45,527 nt of DNA from Nitrospiraceae bacterium. GTDB lineage: Bacteria > Nitrospirota > Nitrospiria > Nitrospirales > Nitrospiraceae. The stretch covers positions 62,001 to 107,527 of the forward strand of contig JBBIQV010000005.1 of NCBI GenBank assembly GCA_037442105.1, in the 5' to 3' direction. The notes under the pieces were generated by a model, which saw nothing but the letters and a program-made list of their open reading frames with translations, was not told where the DNA came from and ran no database searches. Shown here one piece after another: positions 9,076-16,624 of this stretch (position 1 is its first letter; each line of letters starts with the position of its first letter). Both the position numbers and the translations under genes were made by a program.

Positions 9076-9591
9076 ATGGTATCTCATGCCCCCGATGTCG
9101 ACCTGGCGACCCGCTTAGGACGCATCATGGACATCCTCGACGTGATCGTGCCGGAAGCAGAAGAGCACTACTCGGCGGGTCAGCATTCGTCAGCGCTCGC
9201 CCTGGAGCACATCGCTCGAAACGACATCGCTCAGGCGGTCTCCCTCCTGGGCAACACGCTGAGGAAGAATCCCCTCTGGCTCCGTGGTTATCTACTTTTA
9301 GCCACGATCTACGAGGAAATGCGGGACACAAAGAAGGCCATCATGTTGCTTGAGAACGGAATTAACGTCTGTCGGGGGAGTCTCCGATCTTTGGCCATGC
9401 AAAGTTGCTCGCTGTCCATGAGCGAAATGTTCAGCCGTGGAATACGGTCCCGTATCCTGCATCGGGCTGCCCATGTCTCACGCTCCGAGCAGATGCTGCG
9501 GCACCGCCTGACTCTCGTGCTGGTGCAGGCCGGCCATTTCGAAGAGGCGCTCCAATGCTGGACCGAGCTGGAGGACCGCCGTTGCGCATAA
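9076..9591 (+). CDS. TPR-like helical repeat protein
   Basis: AVSLLGNTLRKNPLWLRGYLLLATIYEE and LVQAGHFEEALQCW; start uncertain (9046/9052/9076). Confidence 0.6.
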   Translation: MVSHAPDVDLATRLGRIMDILDVIVPEAEEHYSAGQHSSALALEHIARNDIAQAVSLLGNTLRKNPLWLRGYLLLATIYEEMRDTKKAIMLLENGINVCRGSLRSLAMQSCSLSMSEMFSRGIRSRILHRAAHVSRSEQMLRHRLTLVLVQAGHFEEALQCWTELEDRRCA

Positions 9592-9698
9592 CTGGGATCG
9601 GTTTCGGATGGTCGCCATCGAGGAGATGGTGAGAACTCCGTGCGAGTTTGATCGTCAATGGCAGGAGCAGCAGGCAAACAATCAAAAGGAGGATGCAA

Positions 9699-9896
9699 AT
9701 GGCGAACACTCAGGATACATCGGAGGAACAGAGAGGAACGCCGGTGCATTACTGTGATCGGTGTGCCCGGCGGTCGTCGGACCTGGTCTTTGATGATCTC
9801 AGCCTGCGGGAGCTCTGCGCCGAGTGCCGGCGAGAGCTTGAGCGGCGGCGGATAGGCTTACACCGACCCGCCAAGGCCAGCAGGACCAAATCATAA
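9699..9896 (+). CDS. Small C4 zinc-finger protein (CxRC-x17-CxxC)
   Basis: AGGAGG RBS; CDRCARRSSDLVFDDLSLRELCAEC. Confidence 0.65.
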   Translation: MANTQDTSEEQRGTPVHYCDRCARRSSDLVFDDLSLRELCAECRRELERRRIGLHRPAKASRTKS

Positions 9897-10240
9897 GGCC
9901 TGCAAACGTATTCTTGCTGAGCCTACCGACCACAGCCTGAAAAACAGGGTTTATAGCTCCGGTTGGCCGTTCGATTTACCCCTCTTCCCCTCACCAGAGT
10001 GTTTCCTCACTTGTTTGGCAAATCTTGGGCCTGCCAACCGTGTTCCGATTACTCAGGACACGAAACATGCTGGCTCGTTCTGTAAGAAGATCGGCCCGCC
10101 TGCGTCGCGACAATCAGAAAGCTGCATTTTTTGCGTGAATCGATTCCCGCTAGAGGATCTGATTCGGATCGACACGACGAGAAACTCGCAAGTCCTCAAT
10201 TTTCATGGGGCGTGACATCGGCGCAAGATCCTGCCTTCAC

Positions 10241-10256
10241 TGGCATCCCCCCTGCA
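10241..10256 (+). promoter_or_regulatory. Sigma-54 -24/-12 promoter
   Basis: TGGCATcccccCTGCA, GG-N10-GC; upstream of ATG 10311. TGCAT-TTT-TTGCG at 10123-10135. Confidence 0.65.
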
Positions 10257-10310
10257 CTGGCAGTATGCAGAATCCGGTCAACAATTCAACAATCGCAGGA
10301 GGGGACCGTC

Positions 10311-10934
10311 ATGAAGCAGAGAATCTCACACATGATGACCGCTGGGCTTGTCGCAGGAGCCGTGATGACAATGGCGGGCTGTGCGCAACCGCCCGTCGAG
10401 CAACTGGAGGCCGCCAAGAAGGCGGTGGAGGCAGCGCAGGCCGCGGGGGCGACAGAATATGCGAAAGATGACTTTGCCAAGTTAGAGCAGGAATATGCCT
10501 TGGCGAAGGACGAATTGGCGAAACAAGAAAAGGCCCTCTCAATTTTCCGATCCTATTCCGAAGCAAATAAGTTGTTGATCAAGGTGGTTGAAGATGGCGG
10601 GCGTGTTGCGGCTACGGCGGCTCAAAACAAAGAAACGGCCAAGACAGCAGCCCTCGCTATGGAAAAGGAGGCGCAGCAGGTCATCGCTTCAGCCAAGGAA
10701 CTCATGGCGCAAGCGCCGACCGGAAAAGAACGGGCTGCGGTGGAAGTCATCAAGCAGGACCTTGCCGCGCTTGAAACGAGTCTCAACGCAGTGCACCAAC
10801 TTATCGAGAAGGGTGATTATCTCGGTGCGGAGGCGCAGGCCAAGGCGTTGAAGGACAAAGGTGCGGGTGTCTCCGGAGATCTCCAACACGCGATCGAGAA
10901 GACCAAAGGGAACAAACCAAAGGGCCATGCGTGA
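10311..10934 (+). CDS. Coiled-coil lipoprotein, DUF4398-like
   Basis: AGGAGG RBS; lipobox MAGC; PPVEQLEAAKKAVEAAQAAGATEYA. Confidence 0.8.
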   Translation: MKQRISHMMTAGLVAGAVMTMAGCAQPPVEQLEAAKKAVEAAQAAGATEYAKDDFAKLEQEYALAKDELAKQEKALSIFRSYSEANKLLIKVVEDGGRVAATAAQNKETAKTAALAMEKEAQQVIASAKELMAQAPTGKERAAVEVIKQDLAALETSLNAVHQLIEKGDYLGAEAQAKALKDKGAGVSGDLQHAIEKTKGNKPKGHA

Positions 10935-10949
10935 AGTGATGGGTCAGCC

Positions 10950-11306
10950 ATGAGGCTCGACGAATCCTATGACGCTGCCCGCCATGCAAAACCGGTTCGG
11001 TGTCCCCGGTGCTGGCGATCAGCGCCGGTCCTCGTGTTCGATTCACCGGCCGTAGGTATGGTCTGTCGTCACTGCCACGAGAAGCTCGTGGCGCTCCGGA
11101 AAGACGCGGTCATCCTCGCGCGAGACCGTGGTGCCGCAGCATTGCGGGGAAATAAAAGGAAGCGAGCCTCCTGTCCTCGATGTGGAAAATCTGCCGACAT
11201 CTTGATGTTCGATTCTCCCTCGACGGGGATGGTCTGTCCTGGCTGTCACAGGGCCTTGGTGTATTTTCGCCGGGAGGTCGCGGCATTGATTCCGGAAAAG
11301 GCCTGA
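10950..11306 (+). CDS. Protein with two tandem CPRC-x17-CxxCH zinc-finger units
   Basis: CPRCWRSAPVLVFDSPAVGMVCRHCH and CPRCGKSADILMFDSPSTGMVCPGCH. Confidence 0.7.
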   Translation: MRLDESYDAARHAKPVRCPRCWRSAPVLVFDSPAVGMVCRHCHEKLVALRKDAVILARDRGAAALRGNKRKRASCPRCGKSADILMFDSPSTGMVCPGCHRALVYFRREVAALIPEKA

Positions 11307-11333
11307 TCCGGCTCACGGACTTGAGCAAGATCG

Positions 11334-11501
11334 ATGTGGAACGACAAGTCCAACAGGTTGGCCGCCCTCGAGAAGGTTTTCGTGGGTGGATGTATTGTGG
11401 CCATGGGCACCTATTGGGCCTCAGAGACGGTGTTTACCATTTCGATCGTCTCGATCACGGTGATGGCGCTCGTGGTCTTATTCACGGAGAAGACTTCTTA
11501 A
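11334..11501 (+). CDS. Small two-TM membrane protein (55 aa, not in ORF track)
   Basis: Translated by hand: MWNDKSNRLAALEKVFVGGCIVAMGTYWASETVFTISIVSITVMALVVLFTEKTS*; fills the operon gap. Confidence 0.55.
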   Translation: MWNDKSNRLAALEKVFVGGCIVAMGTYWASETVFTISIVSITVMALVVLFTEKTS

Positions 11502-11526
11502 GCGGGTTCCTGGGAGACCCATAGCA

Positions 11527-11883
11527 ATGTTGACGATTCGCGACCAGCGGATCGGGTTCCTGGAGGTTGTCGCCTATCTCGCGGCCATTATGGCGGTGGT
11601 AGGGACAGTGGCCTGGGGGTGGAATTTGAACCTCATCGTGGCGCTGATCATGTTGGCTGTCGCGTATGCAGTGTTGCGCGACTTACGAGCCCTCTGGCTC
11701 TTGAGAAGAGAGAACGATCAATCCCCGCCATCCGGAGCCACAATTCCAATTCTGAAGTCGTTGCCGCATTCACAGTCCTCAAGACCGCTGTTTACCACGA
11801 ATAGGCCTCGTAACGGTGCGAACAGAGTCGATCGTCCGGTTAAAAACCACCCCGGCAGCAGAACGGAAAGGAACACCGCATGA
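11527..11883 (+). CDS. Two-TM membrane protein with disordered tail
   Basis: Two hydrophobic helices; stop overlaps the next ATG (ATGA). Confidence 0.65.
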   Translation: MLTIRDQRIGFLEVVAYLAAIMAVVGTVAWGWNLNLIVALIMLAVAYAVLRDLRALWLLRRENDQSPPSGATIPILKSLPHSQSSRPLFTTNRPRNGANRVDRPVKNHPGSRTERNTA

Positions 11884-12571
11884 GCCCATTGGATGCAGCA
11901 AGGCGTGAGCGCGTGATTGATGTCGGCCCGGCAGGATTCCACCCGCCGTCGGCGATGGAACTGGGTGTGACGCATCCCGACACCGGGTTCGGGCTGTTCT
12001 ACGGTCATCACGCGCCTGCGGATGAGGTTATCGCCGAAGCGGCTCGACAACTGTATACCAGGAAGAATCCCACGATCTTTCCAGGCCCCTTGTACCTCTG
12101 GGCCTGGAATGCCGACTGGATCGCCAAAGGACAGGCCTTGTTGCGGCTCGCCGCGGAAATCCCGAATGTCATGATCATCCCGCGATGCCGGATTATCGGC
12201 CCAAATATCCCAAGATCGATCCGGAAGAAGGGATCAATCCCAATCATCCGAATCTCACCATCTGGCACAACAAGATCGAAATCGCGATGTTCATCGGCAT
12301 CCACTGTCACTACGCCAACCTCGCGCTGCGGATGGTGCGGGCAGGCACGAACTGTCTCACCGTCGCCTTTTGTCACGACATCCACGAAGACGCGATGTTG
12401 AGCGTGCAGGATCTGGATGTGAACAAGATGAATCACAGCATCGAGATTTTCCGGAGCGTCCGCAAGGAACTCGGAATCGAGATGCCGAAAGACGGGAAAA
12501 CCGTCCGTCTCACCGGCACTCAGATCCGCGCGAATCACGGGATTGAGCGCGTGAATCCGAGACCGGCGTGA
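11880..12571 (+). pseudogene. Frameshifted delta subunit (PorD/ForD-like, CO_dh domain) of five-subunit 2-oxoacid:ferredoxin oxidoreductase
   Basis: KNPTIFPGPLYLWAWN...MIIP in one frame, MPDYRPKYPKIDPEEGINPNHPNLTIWHNKI...GIHCHYANL in another; two extra nt (CG) at about 12183. Confidence 0.8.
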
Positions 12572-12622
12572 GGGTTGTAGTTGGCGCTGGAACGAAAAGG
12601 TAATAAGAACGGGAGCGCGAAT

Positions 12623-12907
12623 ATGGCCGCAAAAACCGGAAGATCGACAGAGCCACAGTCGTCCACCCATTATCCAACCAGCGAGGAATGGGTTGCACGG
12701 CTTATCCAGCTTCAAGAGGCGCTGACTGTGTGTCCGGTGGATCTCTTGGCGCGATGCGAACTCGCAGCGCTGCTCGAACGATTGGATCAGCACGAGGAGG
12801 CCTTGTTCAATTGGAAAGCGGTTCTCGCCTGCGATCCGAACAATCTCAAGGCGCGGGAAGGGCTGGCCCGCTGTCGGCGGCGAACGAGCGGGTCTCTCAT
12901 CTGGTGA
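12623..12907 (+). CDS. Small TPR protein
   Basis: ARCELAALLERLDQHEEALFNWKAVLACDPNNLKAREGL; GGGAG RBS. Confidence 0.75.
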   Translation: MAAKTGRSTEPQSSTHYPTSEEWVARLIQLQEALTVCPVDLLARCELAALLERLDQHEEALFNWKAVLACDPNNLKAREGLARCRRRTSGSLIW

Positions 12908-12917
12908 AAGTCAGCAC

Positions 12918-13190
12918 ATGCTTGTGATCTGGGGCAAGCTCGACCGGTTCGAGGACGATCAACAGGGCAGACGCTGGGTGCAGCTGAAAGCGATGCTGGC
13001 GGGGGGAACAGCAATCCGGATTCGCGCGCTCGTCGGGAACCACACCCTGATCGCTCGTGGGACAGAGCGGGTCGATCTCTCCAACCTGAGTCCAGGGGAA
13101 CCGGTGGAGATCAGTTATCGTCACGGTCGCGGCGGATTCATGGAGGCCGACACAATCTATGTCCGGCCGGACCATGCCGCCAGAGCGTAG
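12918..13190 (+). CDS. OB-fold / DUF5666-like protein
   Basis: TLIARGTERVDLSNLSPGEPVEISY...MEADTIYV. Confidence 0.7.
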   Translation: MLVIWGKLDRFEDDQQGRRWVQLKAMLAGGTAIRIRALVGNHTLIARGTERVDLSNLSPGEPVEISYRHGRGGFMEADTIYVRPDHAARA

Positions 13191-13206
13191 GACGTCAACT
13201 ACGTCG

Positions 13207-13524
13207 ATGCGAATGATCTACGGACATATTGAGTCAGTTGAAAACCGGCCCGCTATTCTGCCGAGCCTGATCGTGAGAACGCGAACAGCACTGGGAACGT
13301 ACCGGGTCGAATGTGTCCTGAGCCCGAGCACCAAGATGGCAAGAGGTTCTGAGCGGCTCAGTTTGGAGGAGATTCGCGGCGGCGAGTTTGTGGTGGCCGT
13401 GTTGCGAGAACATGCAGGGTGGCTGGAAGCCGAACGGATCGACGTTGTCAATCTCGGCATCGGCTCACCCATCGGCATCCGTGAGGAAGGCGTCCCGGCG
13501 TGGGGCGCAGATCGAATCGCATAA
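13207..13524 (+). CDS. OB-fold / DUF5666-like protein
   Basis: TKMARGSERLSLEEIRGGEFVVAVL...LEAERIDV; paralog of the upstream ORF. Confidence 0.65.
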   Translation: MRMIYGHIESVENRPAILPSLIVRTRTALGTYRVECVLSPSTKMARGSERLSLEEIRGGEFVVAVLREHAGWLEAERIDVVNLGIGSPIGIREEGVPAWGADRIA

Positions 13525-13537
13525 CCAGAGGGGAAAG

Positions 13538-14197
13538 ATGGCAATGACATGGAGGAACACGTGCGGAGCCGTGCTCGTCGGCCTCAGCATCGTGGCCTTG
13601 CTGGCAGGCTGCAGCGGCCGCAAAGTGACGACGTCTGCCGCGGATGAAAGCCTCTTGCAAAAGCAGACAGTGAGTGCTGCGCCTCAGGAGCCTCGGCCGT
13701 CGACCGGTGTCGAGGCCGCGCGGATCGTAGAGCCGCCGCTGGCATCGATCGAGCCGCCACCGGTCGCCCGCGAAACGCCGAGTCAGCCGGTCAGGCCCTC
13801 GTCGCCGGCTGGTTCCTCCGGTCCGACGAATGCCTCCAGACCACCGGCCGTTTCGGCGTTGCCGCCGGGAGCGATCGAAGACGTCTATTTCGATTATGAC
13901 CGATTCAGTCTCCGCACTGATGCGCGGGCAACCCTGGAAAAGAACGCCCGTTGGCTGAAATCAAAGAACGGCGTGAAGGTGCTGGTCGAAGGGCACTGCG
14001 ATGAACGCGGCACGCTGGCCTACAACCTCGTGTTGGGAGAACGCCGCGCGCAATCCATAAAGCGGTATCTCCAGGAGCTGGGAATCCCTGCTTCGCAACT
14101 CCGGATCGTCAGCTACGGCAAAGAGCGGCCGTTCTGCACCGAACATCGGGAAGCCTGTTGGCAGCAAAACCGGCGGGGCCACTTCGTCGTGAAGTGA
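13538..14197 (+). CDS. Pal-like peptidoglycan-associated lipoprotein (OmpA C-domain)
   Basis: Lipobox LAGC, Pro-rich linker, DVYFDYD, EGHCDERGTLAYNLVLGERRA, SYGKERP, NRR. Confidence 0.92.
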   Translation: MAMTWRNTCGAVLVGLSIVALLAGCSGRKVTTSAADESLLQKQTVSAAPQEPRPSTGVEAARIVEPPLASIEPPPVARETPSQPVRPSSPAGSSGPTNASRPPAVSALPPGAIEDVYFDYDRFSLRTDARATLEKNARWLKSKNGVKVLVEGHCDERGTLAYNLVLGERRAQSIKRYLQELGIPASQLRIVSYGKERPFCTEHREACWQQNRRGHFVVK

Positions 14198-14212
14198 TGG
14201 AAGGAGGGACCA

Positions 14213-14839
14213 GTGAAGATTCGTCCTGTGCTCATGGCCTGGGGGATCGTATGGTTGGCGATGGTCGGCTGCGCCGGCAAGGGCGATATCATCCCTCTCC
14301 AGCTCCAGCCCGTTCTCGAGGCGCCCGAGAAGATGGCCAAGCCGGCGGGCGGCCTTCGCGTGGCCGTCAACGTCTTTGAGGACGGACGGAAACACAAAGG
14401 CGGCTTGGGGACCAGAACGCACTTCTGGGGAGGCGTCAGTTATTTCGATGTGCCGGGCGGCAACCCCGGCGAGGTGGTTGCGCAGGCCCTCGCCACCTGC
14501 CTCGAGAGCAAAGGCTGGCAGGCCGACGTGGTGAAGCCCGGGACCACGAGCAGCGGCGCGGATGTCACGCTCTCGGGAACGATGCAGGATCTGGCGGTGA
14601 GCGCCAAGAGCGGGTTCGGCTTCACCAAGATCACCTCGAAGGCGAAGCTCGGGATCCAGGCCCTCAACGTCGCGGACGGCAGTCAAGTCAGGATGACGCT
14701 CGGCGGATCCGGCTCGGACAGCGTGTTCTGGTTCGATCCGGAGGATGCCCAGGAGGTCCTGAACGATGTGCTGACCCAGAGCTTCGACAAGCTGGTGCAG
14801 GACACGAAGGTCGAAAACAAACTCTTGCGGCTGAAATGA
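14213..14839 (+). CDS. Lipoprotein, YajG-like/uncharacterised
   Basis: GGAGG RBS with GTG start, lipobox MVGC, VAVNVFEDGR...LGTRTHFWGG; paralog of the ORF at 16625. Confidence 0.8.
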   Translation: MKIRPVLMAWGIVWLAMVGCAGKGDIIPLQLQPVLEAPEKMAKPAGGLRVAVNVFEDGRKHKGGLGTRTHFWGGVSYFDVPGGNPGEVVAQALATCLESKGWQADVVKPGTTSSGADVTLSGTMQDLAVSAKSGFGFTKITSKAKLGIQALNVADGSQVRMTLGGSGSDSVFWFDPEDAQEVLNDVLTQSFDKLVQDTKVENKLLRLK

Positions 14840-14882
14840 CCGGTCGCGGAGCAAGACACGTCACAACGAGGGAGGCATCCCC

Positions 14883-15068
14883 ATGAAAGTCCAAGACATC
14901 ATGACACGCGATGTGCAGTGCTGCGGGCCCGGTACCAATCTGGCGGCCGCCGCCAAAATGATGTGGGACAGCGATTGCGGCGCGCTGCCGGTGCTCAACG
15001 TGGAGGGGAAGGTAATCGGCGTGATCACGGATCGCGACGTCTGTATGGCGACGGCGACGAAGAAGGGC
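14883..15068 (+). pseudogene. Truncated CBS-domain protein (first CBS unit only)
   Basis: GGAGG RBS; MKVQDIMTRDV...AAAKMMWDSDCGALPV...GVITDRDV, then runs into unrelated sequence. Confidence 0.75.
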
Positions 15069-15316
15069 CGTTTCTGGTCGAGCACAAGGACGAGATCCTC
15101 GGCGTCGTCCACAACACGGAGGCAAGGGAGAAGGGCGAGCACCCCTTGGCGCGCATCATGGGCATCGAGCAGCACCGTGATGCGCTGGTCATTTCCGCCA
15201 CCGACACGCACCTGCCCCGACGAATCGGTGAAGCGCTCCACCATGCGTATCATGGTGAGCTGAGCTTTCATTACGACCAGGACGAGGATTTTGTCCGGGT
15301 CACTTGGACACGGTAG
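15066..15316 (+). pseudogene. C-terminal fragment of a BCAM0308-family protein
   Basis: FLVEHKDEILGVVHN...HPLARIM...TDTHLPRRIGEALHHAYHGEL...VRVTWTR, with no start or N-terminal half. Confidence 0.7.
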
Positions 15317-15416
15317 GCGACGACAAGATGTACGGGACCACACTGATCACGCCGAGTCGGCTTGCTGGAATCTAGGGACAGGGACAGCAAGCATCGAAAG
15401 GAAGAGGGAAGGACCA

Positions 15417-15754
15417 TGAGAACACACGTTCTCCGCTGGACACTGGCGCTGACTCTGGGACTAACCGGTGTAATGGGGACTACCGTCTCCACCGCCGCAG
15501 AGGCCATGAAACGAACCGTGCGCGGCGTGGTGATGGCGACCAATCTCAAAGATGATCCCCACACCATCATGGTGAGGGTGATTATGCCGAACAAGGAGGA
15601 ACTGATCGTGGGAGCCTCCGTTCCGCCAGATACCGGCATCACGCGTGGGAAACGGTCAGTCAGCCTCTCCGACATCAAGACCGGCGAGGTGGCGGACTTG
15701 ACCTATACCAAGAACCCGGACGGGCTCGTGGCTCGTTCGATTCACGTCCGATAA
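15417..15754 (+). CDS. Exported OB-fold / DUF5666-like protein
   Basis: Signal peptide ending in AEA; TVRGVV...TGITRGKRSVSLSDIKTGEVADLTY...LVARSIHVR. Confidence 0.75.
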
Positions 15755-15767
15755 GGTAGGAGCTAGC

Positions 15768-16535
15768 ATGATCAGACCCTTGGCAAAGCGCATAACCCTG
15801 TTGGTCATCAGTTTCGCTGTCCTGGGCTTCCTGACGGCCTGTGCCGGACGGAGAATCACGACATCTGTAGAGGATCAGACCTTCGTGCCGGGACCGCCTC
15901 CTCAGGCTGCAGCACCAGCGATCGAGGAAGCGAAGGTAGCCCCGCCCGAACGGGTGCTTGCTGAGGTCCCCAAGATCGAGCCACAGGCACCAGCGCCGAT
16001 GGAAGCGCCCAAGGTCGAACGACCAGCCCCTCCCCCAGTGGAACCGTCGAAGGTCGAGGTGCCTCCACCGGCAGCCCCGGTGGAAGAGGCGCGGGTCACC
16101 GAACCTCCGATCGCTCCCCCGCCCGCGGTTCGACCACCCCCGGTTCAACCGCCATCGGCCCCGGCACCCGTGCGTACGGCTCCGCCCCCTCCCTCGGGCG
16201 AAGTTGTTTCCCTCTCCGATGTGTATTTTGACTTTGACCAGTTCCTGTTCAGAAGCGACGCCAGGGCGGCGTTGGAGGTCAACGCCAGGCTGCTCAAGGC
16301 GGACAGCAAAGGGAAGATCCTGATCGAGGGACACTGTGATGAACGCGGCACGCTCGCCTACAACCTGGTCTTGGGCGAGCGGCGGGCTCGGGCAGTCAAG
16401 CAGTACTTGCAGGACCTCGGCGTTCCAGCCTCGCAGATCCAGATTACCAGTTACGGGAAGGAGCGGCCCTTCTGCACCGAGCACAGTGAAGCCTGCTGGC
16501 AGTCGAACCGTCGTGCGCACTTCCGGCGGCAGTAA
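15768..16535 (+). CDS. Pal-like peptidoglycan-associated lipoprotein with long Pro-rich repeat linker
   Basis: AGGAG RBS; lipobox LTAC; EGHCDERGTLAYNLVLGERRA, SYGKERP. Confidence 0.92.
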   Translation: MIRPLAKRITLLVISFAVLGFLTACAGRRITTSVEDQTFVPGPPPQAAAPAIEEAKVAPPERVLAEVPKIEPQAPAPMEAPKVERPAPPPVEPSKVEVPPPAAPVEEARVTEPPIAPPPAVRPPPVQPPSAPAPVRTAPPPPSGEVVSLSDVYFDFDQFLFRSDARAALEVNARLLKADSKGKILIEGHCDERGTLAYNLVLGERRARAVKQYLQDLGVPASQIQITSYGKERPFCTEHSEACWQSNRRAHFRRQ

Positions 16536-16624
16536 GCGGAGGTGTGGCGCTTTCCAGGCCCCTGTTGGTCGATGGCCGGCCGCTCAGATGTTCAGCCAGC
16601 CGTTCAGAATATGAGGAGGATCAC

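Noticed and set aside
10950..11306. Two CxxCH motifs (CRHCH, CPGCH) suggesting a dihaem cytochrome c
   Set aside because: No signal peptide; each motif pairs with an upstream CPRC, and the paralogous units lack the His. A C4 zinc finger fits better.
11180..11524. 114-aa His-containing ORF in the track
   Set aside because: It overlaps the double zinc-finger gene; the 55-aa two-TM ORF in another frame fits the operon better.
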